The notes under the pieces were generated by a model. The model saw only the letters and a list, made by a program, of their open reading frames with translations, was not told where the DNA came from and did no database searches. From assembly GCA_020137815.1 (NCBI GenBank), contig CM035353.1:1984001-2048000 (forward strand): DNA of 64,000 nucleotides. Direction: 5' to 3'. This DNA is from Hormiphora californensis (Eukaryota; Animalia; Ctenophora). Below, piece after piece: positions 1 to 18,426 of the stretch. Position 1 is the stretch's first letter; each line of letters begins with the position of its first letter. Both the position numbers and the translations under genes were made by a program.

Positions 1-3892
<3,892 letters not shown>

Positions 3893-4170
3893 CTGAAAAA
3901 ATGGGGAAATCCTTGCTCATCTGGTTCTGGAGTTAGGAGGGGTCGAAAAGTGACAACATGGGCTAAGACTTCGAAACTGCTACATATGGACTGTATATAT
4001 CTACACTGTTGGCATTTGGCAAGCGGGCCATTTTTTCACAGATTTATGGGGCCACCTAAGTGGTGCACGTTGCGCTTGCCAGCACAATTATATGTGCAGG
4101 TTGAGAAATAGTTGGTACGCCGGTTACAGTAGATATTATGATCAGCACTCAGCAGCGAGGCAATCTGAAG

Positions 4171-4376
4171 TGGTGGGCGGACTCTAGTGCTACACTCTAA
4201 GTCTACAGTGGACTCTATATCTAAATTTAGATTTAGATAAAGAGTCCAAATAAGTCTAAACTCTAGGAGGACTCTATCTCTAAAAAGTCTAAACAGGGTG
4301 GACTCTTTATCTAAAAAGTCTACAAAGAGCGGACTCTATATCTACATAAATCTAAATTAGACATAGAGTCCGCCAT
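4171..4376. mobile_element. Short MITE-like element with ggactcta subrepeats
   Basis: ggcggactcta ... tagagtccgcc inverted ends; related copy at 40783-40883. Confidence 0.55.
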
Positions 4377-4381
4377 TCTCG

Positions 4382-4481
4382 NNNNNNNNNNNNNNNNNNN
4401 NNNNNNNNNNNNNNNNNNNNNNNNNNNNNNNNNNNNNNNNNNNNNNNNNNNNNNNNNNNNNNNNNNNNNNNNNNNNNNNNN
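4382..4481. other. Assembly gap (100 N)
   Basis: N run. Confidence 1.
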
Positions 4482-5448
4482 TTTTTAAAGGGAACCAAAT
4501 TGGGGAAACCAAATGCCGGGGGGTTGGTCCCCCCCCCCGGGGGGGGTTTCCTCCAAACCCTTACCACTCCTGGTTTTTTCCCCCCAGTCCCCCTGGGTTT
4601 GTACAAACTTACTGCGGTTTTGTAACCCAGGCCGGGGTTTTGTTCCCGTGGGCTTATTCTTTTTCCCCTGTTTTACATCTCCGGAACTAGCTTTTTAAAA
4701 TGAACGTTAATCAGCCCCTGGGGACGTACCCCTTGTTTGCCCGGGATTTTCTAAACCGGATGTCTAAAGTACTTTCACTGGTTGTTCCCATTATAAATCG
4801 CCGTTTGTCACCCAAAGTTGTTCGTGGTATGCAAACGGGAAAAGTTTTCCGTAGGGCGGGCAGGCCCAAGTAACAAGAGACAACAGGGGTTTGGGAATAC
4901 CCAAAACCCGGGGTTGGAAGGAGGTACCCCTAGGGGACCGGAGAGGGAGGGGGTAAGGGGGGGAGGGGCATCCCCAGTGGTTGCCCATTTATAAAACAAT
5001 CAAAGCCTAATATTGTCCCAACCGGGAACTGATGCAGGGATAAAAACAGGGGCAATATAAATTTGGAGGGAATTGACGTGAGGGAAAAGGGTTTTGGGAA
5101 CGGGACGGGGGAAAGTGTAGCGGATCCGTAGGGTCAGGTTAACAAAAGAATGTTCAGGAATAGGGTTGGGAAAGGGGACAAGAGTGAAAAATAGCCAGAC
5201 AATGAACCCATAGCCACCCCAACCCGGGTGAAAGTAGGAGGGAGAAAAGAGGAGGAGCAAAAGAAGAAAAGGAAGGGGGACACAGGAAGAGGACAGAGAA
5301 AGGAGGGGGAGAAAAGCCCCAACCCAAGGTTCACCAGAAGGAAAGGAGACTGGGGGAACTAAGAGAAAGAAGGGAAGGAAGGATGGAGCCCGGGAAGAGA
5401 TGAAGAAATGGTTCGAACAGAAGAGAGAATAAGGACAAAGGCCCCAAA

Positions 5449-5593
<145 letters not shown>

Positions 5594-6676
5594 AGCAGGG
5601 GGAGCGGCAAGAAATGAAAGAGAGAAGGAGAGAGGGGGAAGGAGAGAAAAAGGAAGAAGGAGAAGAGAAAGGAATAGGGTGCCCTGAAAAATGGGGAGGT
5701 GACTTGTGCAATTTGGAAGAGCATTACCGAGATTCAGATACCTGAAGAATGATAGTTGTGCAGTGGTAGTGTGAGCGAGTGAACTTACCGCTCCTTATCG
5801 GGAGCATGCCCTGCAAATGAACTCCCTAGCAATAAGGGGGGTTAAGATTTGTGATTATTATCGGTTTTCGATTCTTACCCTTGGTCGACCTGATTGGAAT
5901 GGTATGGCTGAATTGTGTACCCCGTACAGGACCTGTGCGAGTGGGAGAGGACAGACAACCCCATCCAACCCCCGCCATCCCGAAAATAGCCCCTCGCTGC
6001 CTCCCCCAAAACCAGGAACCCCCACTCAATTCTCCCTTATTAGGGAGAACAGAAAACAGCCCTGACCCCGGGTAAGAACGACCCTATACTAGGTGAACAG
6101 AGCCCCTGTACCACCCCCTCTCATCCCACAGAAAACTCTGCCAGGTCCTGGAGTGAGTGCATGGCCTTACCCTTTCCTCAGCAGGAACGTGCTCTGAAAC
6201 ATGTTACCTAACAACTAGCAGTAATAAGTAATAGCGGGGAAAAGAGTAAAAACAACTAGACTATTACACCAAAACCAAATCAAGCTAAGCTCCAGTCCCC
6301 GGCCTGGACTAGTAAAGATGACCGATAAATGACTAAAGACGCATACAACTAAAAGAAAGGTCAAACCAGATAGAAGAAAGGTGACCTTGCTATAAAAAAC
6401 TAAACAAACACCATGACAAGTCCAAACCGAAAACAGCACTACTACACCCCCTAGCCTATAACACTAGAAATGAATAAGGAACAACACAATAACATGAATG
6501 GTCTTATCTGATTGGAGAATGTAGATCGGTGGTCGGTAGTTGGTCTTTTCTTTGCTGTATCTTCACAGTAGCAGGGGATGGCGGGAGATCGAGGTAGACA
6601 AGTGGTGAAATTCGAGAAGGCCCCCAGAGGAGGGAGAGCCGAGACGCACACACGAAAACAACAACACGAGAAGGGC

Positions 6677-7018
6677 ACTACTGCCCCTTTCCTCTCCCCC
6701 ATTCTATCACCACTGCCCCTTTCCTCTCCCCCTCCCCATTCTATCACACGTCACCACTGCCCCTTTCCTCTCCCCCGCCCCAGGACTATCACCACTGCCC
6801 CTTTCCTCTCCCCCTCCCCCATTCTATCACCACTGCCCCTTTCCTCTCCCTCGCCCCCAGTACTATCACCACTGCCCCTTTCCTCTCCCCCATTCTATCA
6901 CCACTGCCCCTTTCCTCTCACCCTCCCCCATTCTATCACCACTGCCCCTTTCCTCTCCCCATTCTATCACCACTGCCCCTTTCCTCGCCCCCAGTACAGC
7001 TATCACCACTGCCCCTTT
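6677..7018. repeat. Minisatellite, ~31-38-bp unit ctatcaccactgcccctttcctctcccc
   Basis: About 10 imperfect tandem copies. Confidence 0.9.
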
Positions 7019-7565
7019 TGCTGACCTAGTGAACTAACAAGGAAGGTATGACGTTAGCAGTCAAAGGAAAACACAGTGTTTACACAACCACGGTCACATT
7101 CCACGCACACACAAACTCTCCAGTAAAACTTGCAGGCCATATATATTTTCTCTTCCCCCTCTCTCTCTCTCTCTCTCTCTCTTTTCCTCTCTCACCCTAT
7201 CTCTCTCTCTCTCTCTCTCTCTCTATCGCTCTCTCTCTCTATGGATCAGGGGATCCTGGTAGAAAATATATCTCTGATATTTCCCTGTTCACCATGCCTG
7301 CCATGTCTTGTTGTCTCAAGAACATGTCAATGACGTGCGTGTTGCCATAAAATAGTTTGTTGGAAATGGGACCGTGAGAAATATGGCACACAGACCGCAC
7401 ACAGACGTAACCGATGATAATTATGTCCATTGTGTAATTATTTTTCAGAGGGGAGGGGTATATAATTACAGGTGGGGTCAAGTTAGTACGAACGCAGCAC
7501 GGAGCCATTGTTTTACATTTACCGTAGTACACGGATCTCATGATGGTCTCCCACGATATTAAACT

Positions 7566-7854
<289 letters not shown>

Positions 7855-7934
7855 CTACTTCCTAACATTTGCATTTTGTTGCTGCTCTCCCACCTAACTG
7901 CCTGCGACCTTGTCACCTTTGTACACGCACCGTG

Positions 7935-9218
7935 ATGAGCAACCGCTCTAATGACGAGCTACTTATGCGGAGTGGAAAACATCTAACGATTGATCTGCAT
8001 AAAATAGCGGCCAGACACCTTTGTCATGACATTGCAGAGTTGGCACAGGTACTAAGACTTGATGACGCGGACGAGGATGACAACAACTGGGATACTGTAC
8101 GTGACCTGTATAGGAAGGCCCGCAAGGGTCTAGTGATTGGCAGAACCCGTGAATCCGAGATTAAGGAAATGAGTGAGGAGGAGATGAGACGTGTCCTGGG
8201 GAAGTGCTACTACCTCCTTTTTCATAAAGTACTGTTCCGCGTGTACAATGACGCTGTCAGTAACAAGAAAGGAAAAGAGGTCCATGTTGAGGCTGCTGAG
8301 GTTGAGGAAAGTTTTCGGTCAGCCAACTCATCAATTACAGAGGAAATGACCTCACTGAAAGATGAACTGTTGAAATGTCAGCGAGAGGTAAATCAGCTCC
8401 AGAAGCAGATTATCGACATGCAGAGCGAGGAATTGAAATCTGTGAGATCTGTAACTGAGACTGTACAGAAAGACCTTAATTCTTGGTCTGCTGTAGTGGC
8501 CCAAAACTGTGCAGCAGCTACCGCACCGAGGAAGATTGGGGCGGCTCTCCGCACACCGCAGCCCCCCAAAGAAGATAGCAGAGCTAAGAACCTACCTTAC
8601 TCTCGTTTTTTAAGAAACGCTTTAGTAAGAAACTTTTTTATAAGAAACTTTTCAAATGGAAATCACTCAATTCAGAGACACCACAACAAAATAGAACACC
8701 CCTAACTTGTTTAGTTTCTTGATAAAGGAGAAATTCTTTTTGTTTTTGGAGTGCTTACACCTGTAGTTTCCTAGAAAAAAAGTTTCTTATTTAAAAGTTT
8801 CTTGAAATATGCGAGCTTAATTAACGAGAGTAAGGTAATTGTTTTTGGCCTGCCAGAGGAGGAGAACGAGACAGTTACTGATCGTGTACTGACTGTTTTT
8901 GAGGAGCTCGACGAGAAGCCTCCTATATCATCATCTTGTAGACTTGGAACCGCCGCTGAAGGGAAAAATCGGCCCATCAGGGTCACCTTGGAGTCTAGAG
9001 ACAGTGTTCTGACTCTACTGAGGAAGGCCCGACAGCTGAGAAATAGTGAATTCTACAGCAGAGTGTATCTCTGTCCAGATCGGACTATTGAGGAGAGACG
9101 AGAGAGAAGAGAGAATCTACAGACACTTGAAAAACTAAGAAGAGATAACCCTGAGAGACAGTTCGAACTGAAGAGAGGGGTTATACAGTTTTTGTGCAAT
9201 GGCCCCACTAATAGTTAG
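7935..9218 (+). pseudogene. LINE ORF1p-like protein (coiled coil plus RRM-like/CTD), 346 aa when the MITE is removed
   Basis: Joining 7935-8594 to 8838-9218 gives a continuous frame: ...EDSRAKNLIVFGLPEEENE...CRLGTAAEGKNRPIRVTLES...VYLCPDRTIEERRERR, typical of CR1/L2 ORF1. Confidence 0.8.
8595..8835. mobile_element. 241-bp Tc1/mariner-pogo-type MITE disrupting ORF1
   Basis: TIR ccttactctcgtt / aacgagagtaagg; TA TSD at 8593-94 and 8836-37; excision restores the frame. Confidence 0.9.
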
Positions 9219-9445
9219 GATTTTCGATTTATTAAGTGACCACCTGGTAAATTCTAGGATTAATCCCGGCATCTACTTGTGTGTTCGTTAATATTTTAAT
9301 TCATTATTATAATTTACACGAGCAGGAAGGTGTTGCCCGAGAGTGACATCTTAGTTACTCTTGGGGAGCATCTTCCAGTTCTTACACTCATGGGAACATG
9401 AGTAGAACTATTTACAAACCGTGTCAAAACCGTGTCAAAACCGTG

Positions 9446-9500
<55 letters not shown>

Positions 9501-9894
9501 ATATTGCAATAGTTTCTACTGTCATCAGCCTAGTGCACATTCACTCTCAAACGTCGACACCAAATTATGTGACATGAGACTAAAATCAAATGGTCCTAAA
9601 TTGCAATTTCGGCCCATGATTGCCAATTTGACCGCTCTCTCCCAACGGTCTCCCAATACTTATAGGGTAGATGTAGGTGGTAGACGATAATTGGTCCTAA
9701 TTGGTCAATAATTAGTCATTTACACCAATAGGCACCCTTAGAAAAACAAATCAATGCTACACCGTAGTGCGTGGTGTATTATAATATGTACTCCATTTCC
9801 ACTAATTACCTACTGTCTTTCTTCTTCACAAGTTGGCGTCTTGCACAATTGACACAGCTGGAGCAGCTGTACATGACGTCAGTAACCGCAGATA

Positions 9895-9912
9895 AGAGAG
9901 AGAGAGAGAGAC

Positions 9913-10009
<97 letters not shown>

Positions 10010-10065
10010 GAGACAGAGAGAGAGACAGAGAGAGACAGAGAGAGACAGAGAGAGAGAGAGAGACA

Positions 10066-10097
<32 letters not shown>

Positions 10098-10128
10098 CAG
10101 AGAGAGACAGAGAGAGAGAGAGAGAGAC

Positions 10129-10191
<63 letters not shown>

Positions 10192-10192
10192 C

Positions 10193-10223
<31 letters not shown>

Positions 10224-10266
10224 GAGAGAGACAGAGAGAGAGACAGAGAGACAGAGAGAGAGACAG
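9895..10266. repeat. (GA)n/(GACA) compound microsatellite
   Basis: Direct inspection. Confidence 0.95.
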
Positions 10267-10313
10267 TTGTAGTACCGGTCCAAGAAGTCAGAACTAATCC
10301 ACTTATCTCTTGA

Positions 10314-11952
10314 CACGGTGCACCAGAAGGATCGTCAACCCAAAGTTGAGCCCACAAAACAAACTTTTGTTGGGGGTGACCCAGGAGGCCTTCCTGAACA
10401 TCCCCACGGTGAGAAAAGTATATGTTATCGGGGGAAATTTTTGTCAAAATCGAAAAAACTGGTTTTTGGTCCAAATTTGTGCATAACTTACTTGACTGCC
10501 GTTTGATGAAATATCTGATTGACATAAAATAAGTATACAAGACCTATTTTTGCACGAGGAATCGATTGCCGGTGGAGAGAAATCTCTAAAATGACCGGAA
10601 AATTGTCAAATATGGGAATTTTGTCATTTTTTTGAGGTTTTTGGCCCTTTAACCATTGAAAACGTTGAGATAGGAAGTTGGCAATAGCGCCAATCGTTAA
10701 AATGGTCATTTTTCTACGGGATCCCAAAATTTCATGTATATCCGATTCATGGTTAGATTTTGGCAAACTATTGAGATGTGCTTACTGAAAAAAGGATAAC
10801 TTGATTTTCTCGTTTTTTTGCGCTTTTTTAACTTTTGAAAGAATTCTGATTGAAATGGCCAATCAGGGCCATGCTAAAGTTGTTTATGGGACAATTTTCG
10901 ACCAAAATCCAAGATTTCATGCAAATCCAATGACAGATCATTGATTTATAGAAAGTTGAAATAGGCAAAAAAGGCCAATTTTTACCATGAAAACAAAAAT
11001 ACACATTTTTTCTTGTCAATTTCCATCAACAACTGGTACCCTACCTATTTTTGCACGTAGAATCGATTGCCGGTGGAGTGAATCCTCTTAAATGATTGGA
11101 AAAGCGGTCAAAATGCCATTTTTTGGAGGTCCAAAAACTTCCAAAAAATGACATTTCGACCGCTTTCCAATCATTTAAGAGGATCCACTCCACCGGCAAT
11201 CGATTCTACGTGCAAAAAATAGGTATGGTACCAGTTGTTGATGGAAATTGACAAGAAAAAATGTGTATTTTTGTTTTCATGGTAAAAATTGGCCTTTTTT
11301 GCCTATTTCAACTTTCTATAGATCAATGATCTGTCATTGGATTTGCATGAAATCTTGGATTTTGGTCGAAAATTGTCCCATAAACAACTTTAGCATGGCC
11401 CTGATTGGCCATTTCAATCAGAATTCTTTCAAAAGTTAAAAAATCGCAAAAAACGAGAAAATCAAGTTATCCTTTTTTCAGTAAGCACATCTCAATAGTT
11501 TGCCAAAATCTAACCATGAATCGGATATACATGAAATTTTGGGATCCCGTAGAAAAATGACCATTTTAACGATTGGCGCTATTGCCAACTTCCTATCTCA
11601 ACGTTTTCAATGGTTAAAGGGCCAAAAACCTCAAAAAAATGACAAAATTCCCATATTTGACAATTTTCCGGTCATTTTAGAGATTTCTCTCCACCGGCAA
11701 TCGATTCCTCGTGCAAAAATAGGTCTTGTATACTTATTTTATGTCAATCAGATATTTCATCAAACGGCAGTCAAGTAAGTTATGCACAAATTTGGACCAA
11801 AAACCAGTTTTTTCGATTTTGACAAAAATTTCCCCCGATAACATATACTTTTCTCACCGTGGGGATGTTCAGGAAGGCCTCCTGGGTCACCCCCAACAAA
11901 AGTTTGTTTTGTGGGCTCAACTTTGGGTTGACGATCCTTCTGGTGCACCGTG
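10314..11952. mobile_element. 1.64-kb near-perfect foldback element, CAC termini, 4-bp TSD (Chapaev-like, non-autonomous)
   Basis: cacggtgcaccagaagg ... ccttctggtgcaccgtg; ~810-bp arms give mirror ORFs in the ORF track; TSD ttga at 10310-13 and 11953-56. Confidence 0.88.
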
Positions 11953-13715
11953 TTGAGTCAAGCTCGGAGAAAAATCCACGGTGCGTTGGCGCCGTCAAAA
12001 ACATGTCCTTAATGTGCTCAGTTTGGGTTGGCGCCGCTAGACAGCCCTTCTGTGGAAATTTTAGATATTAGTCAAATTATATGAAAAATAGAATATGGAA
12101 TTATATGATATAACACATGATGTAGTATGTACATGTTATAGTTCCCATGACTCGCCAACCCATGACATGTTTTGCGGAATATCACAAAATTCCTTCTAAA
12201 TTTGGTTCTAAAATAACGGCTCAAATAACGTGATCGGAATGTCTGCTATAGATCAGACGATTCTAGTTTTTAACACTTTCATATTTACCTTGTCCAAACA
12301 ACATATACCGCTGTGGAATTAAAACTAGATTTATCTGGAACAGTTTGATCTAGCAGGGATCTAGCACCATCTATACTTTTCCTCACGCCCTCCTTTACAA
12401 TACACATTATTCTTCCCTCTCAAGCACATGTGCACTCTCATATATATCGTGCATGCTTGTGGTGGAAGCAGTATAGTGGCGTGGTATAGCTTGTTCCAAG
12501 TACTGTGCACCTTGTTATAGAACGTTAGAGAAATAACGGGTCAGTGGATAGTACAGTGGAACTAGGCCCCGGGGTAATGCTACTTATTTTGGCAAATTTT
12601 TTCCTCAAAGCATCAGAAATTAGATCCGAATTATATTCTTGGGGTTTTGATATCAAGGCAAACCAAATCAAACCATCATATATACCGACGCATCTGATAC
12701 CAAAGCCACCAGTTCCCAAAACTGCGAATCTGAATTTTGGGAGTGAATTTCAAAACTTTTTATCATTGCCGTTTTCTGAATTCTGTACGTGTGTGGTATA
12801 ACAGGGGGCGTACCGGCCCGGTACCGGTACGGGTCTGGTTTCTAATTACCACCAGCTGTATCTTCAGTTTTAGGAAAACGTGCTCTCTTCTCTATAAAAC
12901 AAAGATAGCTCTCTTTGTTCTCTCTCTCGAGAGAGCAGGTTTTGTTTTTCTTCTAATAGAAAGGAATCTATTGTCCACTCATCAGGGACAGGGGCCCGGG
13001 GCGGTATACACTATGCAAAGCACTTTTGGGGGGGGGATGGAATGAGAAAGAATGGAGAGAGGCTGGAAATGGGTGTACAGTTAGGCAGGTGGATAGCCAT
13101 CCTTTATAATGGGAGTAGACACCAGACGGGCGAGGGCACTTTACCATTAGGTGTAGGTTGATCCTTTTGATCTTTCCATCAATGCTACCTAAGGGAGAGC
13201 ATGAGAAACCATGCACTATTAAATAGGTATGGTTTAGGCACCATTTAAAACTCCAGACGCGGATGCCAAGCGGTCATTTTCGCTTCTCTTTGGAATAATC
13301 GCTTTCTTTCGTCTTTCCAAACTGCAGAGAAACTAAGGGTGTCTGTGTGTGTTAGATAGATATTTTCACAACTCTACCGCGTGTGTAGCATACTGCACGT
13401 ACTACACACATGCACGCACTCTGTAGCTTTATGCTTGCACAATACCACATAAAGAGAATAATAAATAGAGAGATGCAGTGAGAGATAGAGAGAGAGTTAC
13501 CGAGAGAGATTATCATAGAGAGAGATACAGTGAGAGAGATATCAATGTATGCATATAATATGGCATTGTTGCCTGTTGGCAAGGGATAACGTGAATATAT
13601 GCCTTGAGGTAGATTGCAGGGTAACTTTTTTTTTCTTGTAAAAAGGGGATACGTGTGAAATAAAGGGGTTGAAATTAACAGGGGGGGTCATGGTAGGGTT
13701 CATGGAAATCGTTGA

Positions 13716-14240
13716 GATAATTGGGTGTACTTTACCTAGTCATAATTGTTCAGATAATTGGGTGTACTTTACCCAGTCATAATTGTTCAGATAATTGGGT
13801 GTACTTTACGGTAGGCGGTAAATGTTAACCAGATCTGTGAGAATTTCGCACGTTTTTCCCCATAACTCAGCCATTTCTTGACCAATTTGCAAAATCTTTG
13901 GCTCATTGGAAAGAGGACATTGAGATCTCTCAAATGAGCTCAAGAAAATTAAAATTGGCGCAAATTGCGCGGCGTGGTGGCGAAAACGCGCGTTTTGCGC
14001 CATGACGCCGCGCATTTTGCGCCGATTTTAGTTTTATTGGGCTCATTTGAAAGAGCTCAATGTCCTCTTTCCAACGCGCCCAAGATTTTGCAAATTGGTC
14101 AAGAAATGACTGAGTTATGGACAAAAACGTGGTTTTGCACGTACGTTTTCTCTCAGATCTGGTTAACATTTACCGCCTACCGTACTTTACCTAGTCATTA
14201 CTATTCAGATAATTGAATGTACTTTACCTAGTCATTACTG
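13716..14240. repeat. 37-bp tandem repeat (gataattgggtgtactttacctagtcataattgttca) split by a MITE
   Basis: About 2.5 copies to the left and 1.5 to the right of the insertion. Confidence 0.8.
13810..14181. mobile_element. 372-bp palindromic MITE, GG termini, 9-bp TSD (Merlin- or MULE-like)
   Basis: ggtaggcggtaaatgttaaccagatctg ... cagatctggttaacatttaccgcctacc; TSD gtactttac at 13801-09 and 14182-90, confirmed by the uninterrupted tandem unit. Confidence 0.88.
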
Positions 14241-14408
14241 CATTCTGTGTACTATTCCGTAATCAGGAGGGCTGGGAGGGAGAGTTCGTACACGCGGTGC
14301 AGATCTGTGAAGGAGTGAGAGAATGAGTTGAGAGTGAGAGAATGAGTTGTAAGGAAAAATGACTGCCATTGTTTGTTCGTAACTCAATCCCTCAGTAGAT
14401 TGGGTGGG

Positions 14409-14489
<81 letters not shown>

Positions 14490-15341
14490 AATTCTTTAAC
14501 AAAAGAACACTTTAAATTCATTGTGAAAGGAAGGTGTGGTTTTATTGAGCAACATCACAAGACAATATCTTATCTCAGTCAGCTTGAGGTGCTTGTAAGG
14601 TGCAGTTTGGGTCAAATAGATTCGTGGATTCGATAGAAGGGATGGGTAGATATAGTCGAACTTTAGTTTTAGAGACGTCTTTTAATGAGGTGCAACCCAC
14701 AGACAAACCGATACTCATTATATTCTTCAACTCTCAGTGAAGGAGGGAAAGTTTCTTTCATATCAATAAGAAGATGGGGTTCATGGAGAGGGAGAGGGAT
14801 ATAAAGATGATAAAGACGATAGAGGGAGAGATAATAGAGAAGGCAGATGAACAACCCAGGAGAGGGAGACTCAATTAGATTGGGATAGAGAATGAGTATT
14901 TTATAGTTAGGCAAGTGCTGGTGGACATCTAGGTAATGGCAGTTTAAATCCGATCTCATGAAGCATTTTGGCGAGGTCGACTCTCGAGTGCGAGTCTAAC
15001 TGATAAAACATTTCGGTGAGGTCGACACACACTCGCGTTGATGAAAAACGGGTTTTCAAAGCCCCTGCCAGATATTCTTTCATTATTTATTAGTGGGGCC
15101 CTTTTACCCTTAGGAGCCTAACTCCATACGTATTGCTAGGGCCATGAGTGACATTCTCAACTAAACTCTATATTTTCAGGTATTAACTTCAGCTTGACGT
15201 CAGTACGTGATCCATGCAACCCCTGCCCCTTGTCCCCCTCCTTCCCCTACAAACACTTGTCAATTAGATTTTTCGACCCCAGTTGCTCCAGCTGGACTAT
15301 TTCTTTCTCTCACGTTCTATCTCTCACTCAATCCACCGTAG

Positions 15342-15391
<50 letters not shown>

Positions 15392-16768
15392 CCTCTCTCT
15401 ATCCTCTCTTTCTCTCTCTCTCTCTCCTGCGCTCTCTCTCTCTCGCTCTCTCTCTCTCTCAACATCAACTCCTCTCTCTCGTTCCTCTCTTCTCCTCTCT
15501 CTCTCCTCATCTCTCTCTCTCTCCTCAGCGTCTCTCTCTCTCTCTCCCTTCCTGCTCCTCTCTCGTCTCTCTCTCTCTCTCTCTCTTTCTTTCACAAACT
15601 GCTACCATACCAGTGGGCCACGGTAGATTCGATTAGGCCAGAGCTAGTAAAAGGAAGTGGTGTAGCTTCAATACTGTAAGTGTTTGTGTACTAGGTGTGG
15701 TAGTAAAAAGCACTTGGTGCGAGATCTGGGGCCACGTACTAGACAGGCTTGACACGGACACCCTGTCTCATACTATCCGTGTTGGATAGAGAATTGTGTG
15801 AAACGGTTTTCGGAAAAGGTTGTCGAAACGTATCTAGATATTTTGAAGTTTCTTCAAGTGTAACCGCATGTTACAGTACACACTGACAGACAAACACTGT
15901 GTACAGATCATGTAGTTTCCTTGAATGCCTCAAGACTGGAACGGTTGGTAGACGATGTTGCAATAACTTCAAAGTTGTAATCCCCCGCCCAAATCAAACT
16001 GAGGAAAATCGGGGGATACCTCTCGAGATCACATGTACGTTATCCCCGTGCGGGTGGGGGGGGGGGGGTCTCGTGTGCCGTGTGTGTAATTTAGGCATGT
16101 TGCCAAGATCCATGATATATCCCCAATATTCTTGCTTATAGAGACGCCCCTGAGCCTCAGGGCCTGAGGGTAGTTGATTTTGTTGCGAAATGTTCCTCTC
16201 TCCATTTCTCCCCCAAGCTCTATCTTTTTCCCCTCGTGTATTAATAGGTTCTCTCTTCCTTTTCTCTCCCGGTTCTTTTGCAATAACTGTCCTCCTTGAC
16301 AAATTTGCGGCATGAGGGCACACGTATTCACCCTTCAGGGGTTCATCATGGTAGCAGATATTGCGCCACCACTACGACACTATCGTGGGATGTTAATTAT
16401 GAATATCTGTCGAGGGGGGACTGAACTAGTAATAAAATTGATTGAATTTCGTTCCCAGGCGTGCGTCAATGCTAATTTGACTCAACAAAATTTCACTTGA
16501 CTATGTAGGGCTTACAAAAAGTAGTGAGCCTCCACCATTTTGGCAATACTCCAAGACTGAGAGTGCTCGTAGTAAAAGGGATGGGGGGAGAGAGAGAGAG
16601 ATGGAGAGAGAGGGGGGAAGAAAAGCACGGCCGTGTTTGCACGTGACCATTTCCGGGCCTGGTTCTAGTGGTAGGTTGATGTCACGAGTAGGGTCATGTG
16701 ACATACTCCACTTGCTGGTAGTGGACGGGGCATCTCTTCCGGATGGGAGGAGAGCCAATGTAGTAGGG

Positions 16769-16816
<48 letters not shown>

Positions 16817-17429
16817 GAGAGAGAGGGAGAGTAGAGAGTAGAGAGAGAGGGGCCGGGATGCATATATATATATGATGTAATGTTAAAGGAATGAATACCG
16901 CAGATCATGACGTTATGAGGAGCGGGAAGAATATATAGGACACACTCTCTATTGGTTGAGACATACCAGGATATTATATATCAGGTGGCTACCATAGTGA
17001 TCTCTTATTATTATGTAGGAGGACGGTTATTTTTAGAGGGAAGCGGGAAGGGCAATTCTTGCGCGGGAAATATGGGCGGCAATGTGCGAAAAGGGTACAC
17101 AATTAAGAGGCGGTCGAATTTGGCGGAATTATTTGACCTTTCCGTCCCCTCCTTGTAAGTTCATTCTCCCATCTTTGATCTTGGCCCCACTTTTCTTAAC
17201 ATTCTTCTTGCACAAATTATGAAACACAATGGATTGACGTAAGAAAGGTTTGATTTTAGAAGTCAAAGTGTTACTTTTCCGAGTTTAAAGGTGACCATAT
17301 ATTACTTTCCCTAGTGATAGCAAAGAAAGATAAGAAGAGATAGAAATGCAATGATGCTTATATAAATTGTTGTAGCACTGAAGTGTTACGCACGGCCTGG
17401 ATATATCCATACGTCACACACATTATATA

Positions 17430-17574
17430 CAGTCGGACCCCGATTTAGTGGCATCCTCGGGAGAAAAAAATCCTGCCACTAAATCGGGGTGCCACTAAAT
17501 TGGGGGCCACTAAATCGGGGTGCCACTAAATCGGGTGCCGCTAAATCGGGGGCCACTAAATCGGGGTCCGACTG
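17430..17574. mobile_element. Tc1/mariner-pogo-type MITE, family B
   Basis: TIR cagtcggaccccgattta; TA TSD; internal ccactaaatcgggg repeats; other copies at 61602 and 62280. Confidence 0.9.
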
Positions 17575-18390
17575 TATATGTGTGTGACGTATGTTCACAA
17601 TAATGATCTCAGCAGAACGTTATATTCGGCAATCATATTATGTATTTCAAATCCCCGTGTTGAATGATCATTCTTGATCTAGATTCCATTTACCATATAA
17701 TATTTCAAATTACATATATGATATTTCGTGGAAGACATTAATAAAATACTAGTATAACAGGTCTTCAGCCACTATTTCATTTGGATGATTTGAATTTCTT
17801 GACTTGCGCCATATGTGGTCTAATTGAAGCCTCCCTCTCTCTTGCACTGTTGGCTGGAATCCAAATGGTGGTAAAAGCTTCTGAGACTTGAGAGCTTGGC
17901 CTCAAAGAAACCATTAAATCAGGAGACATTCAGACTCATTAGATATTATTTTGGAACTAAACTATCCACTGCACAGAAAAATAGTATAGGTGTCACGTAA
18001 GGTTCTAAGGGCCCGAAACCGCGGTTAACCGGTTTCATGAGACCATGTATTCCAGATAGTCTCTGAACCTCAAAATTAAGCTCATTTTTGATGCTTGGTT
18101 AAAACCTGTCACCAAAATGCTGCTCTTCTTTAGCCCAAATGTTATTGTCACTCTAATGGAAATTGGAATTTTAATTCGATGCTCGGCCCTGACAAGCAGA
18201 CCCGTTTGCATTATTCGTAACCTGTAGAAACAGATGGGCCTCATAATAAGTGTAATGCTCCTTGCTTAGCCATCAGTGGCTAGCCGCCAGCTCTCACAGC
18301 GCTTTAAAAGATCAGCCGTGCGAACAAGCTTAAGTGTTTTGGCATGGAAACTAGATAACTATTGCATTCTCACTCTGAGAATTTCTCACG

Positions 18391-18426
<36 letters not shown>

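Noticed and set aside
4600-5200. Possible degraded LINE RT C-terminus on the minus strand (also 14500-14960)
   Set aside because: Only vague similarity, no catalytic motif, and error-rich sequence.
9771-10540. ER/LS/CV/TH-rich ORFs here and elsewhere in the window
   Set aside because: Translations of microsatellites.
10318-11956. Identical ORF pairs on opposite strands
   Set aside because: Mirror products of the foldback arms; no transposase motifs.
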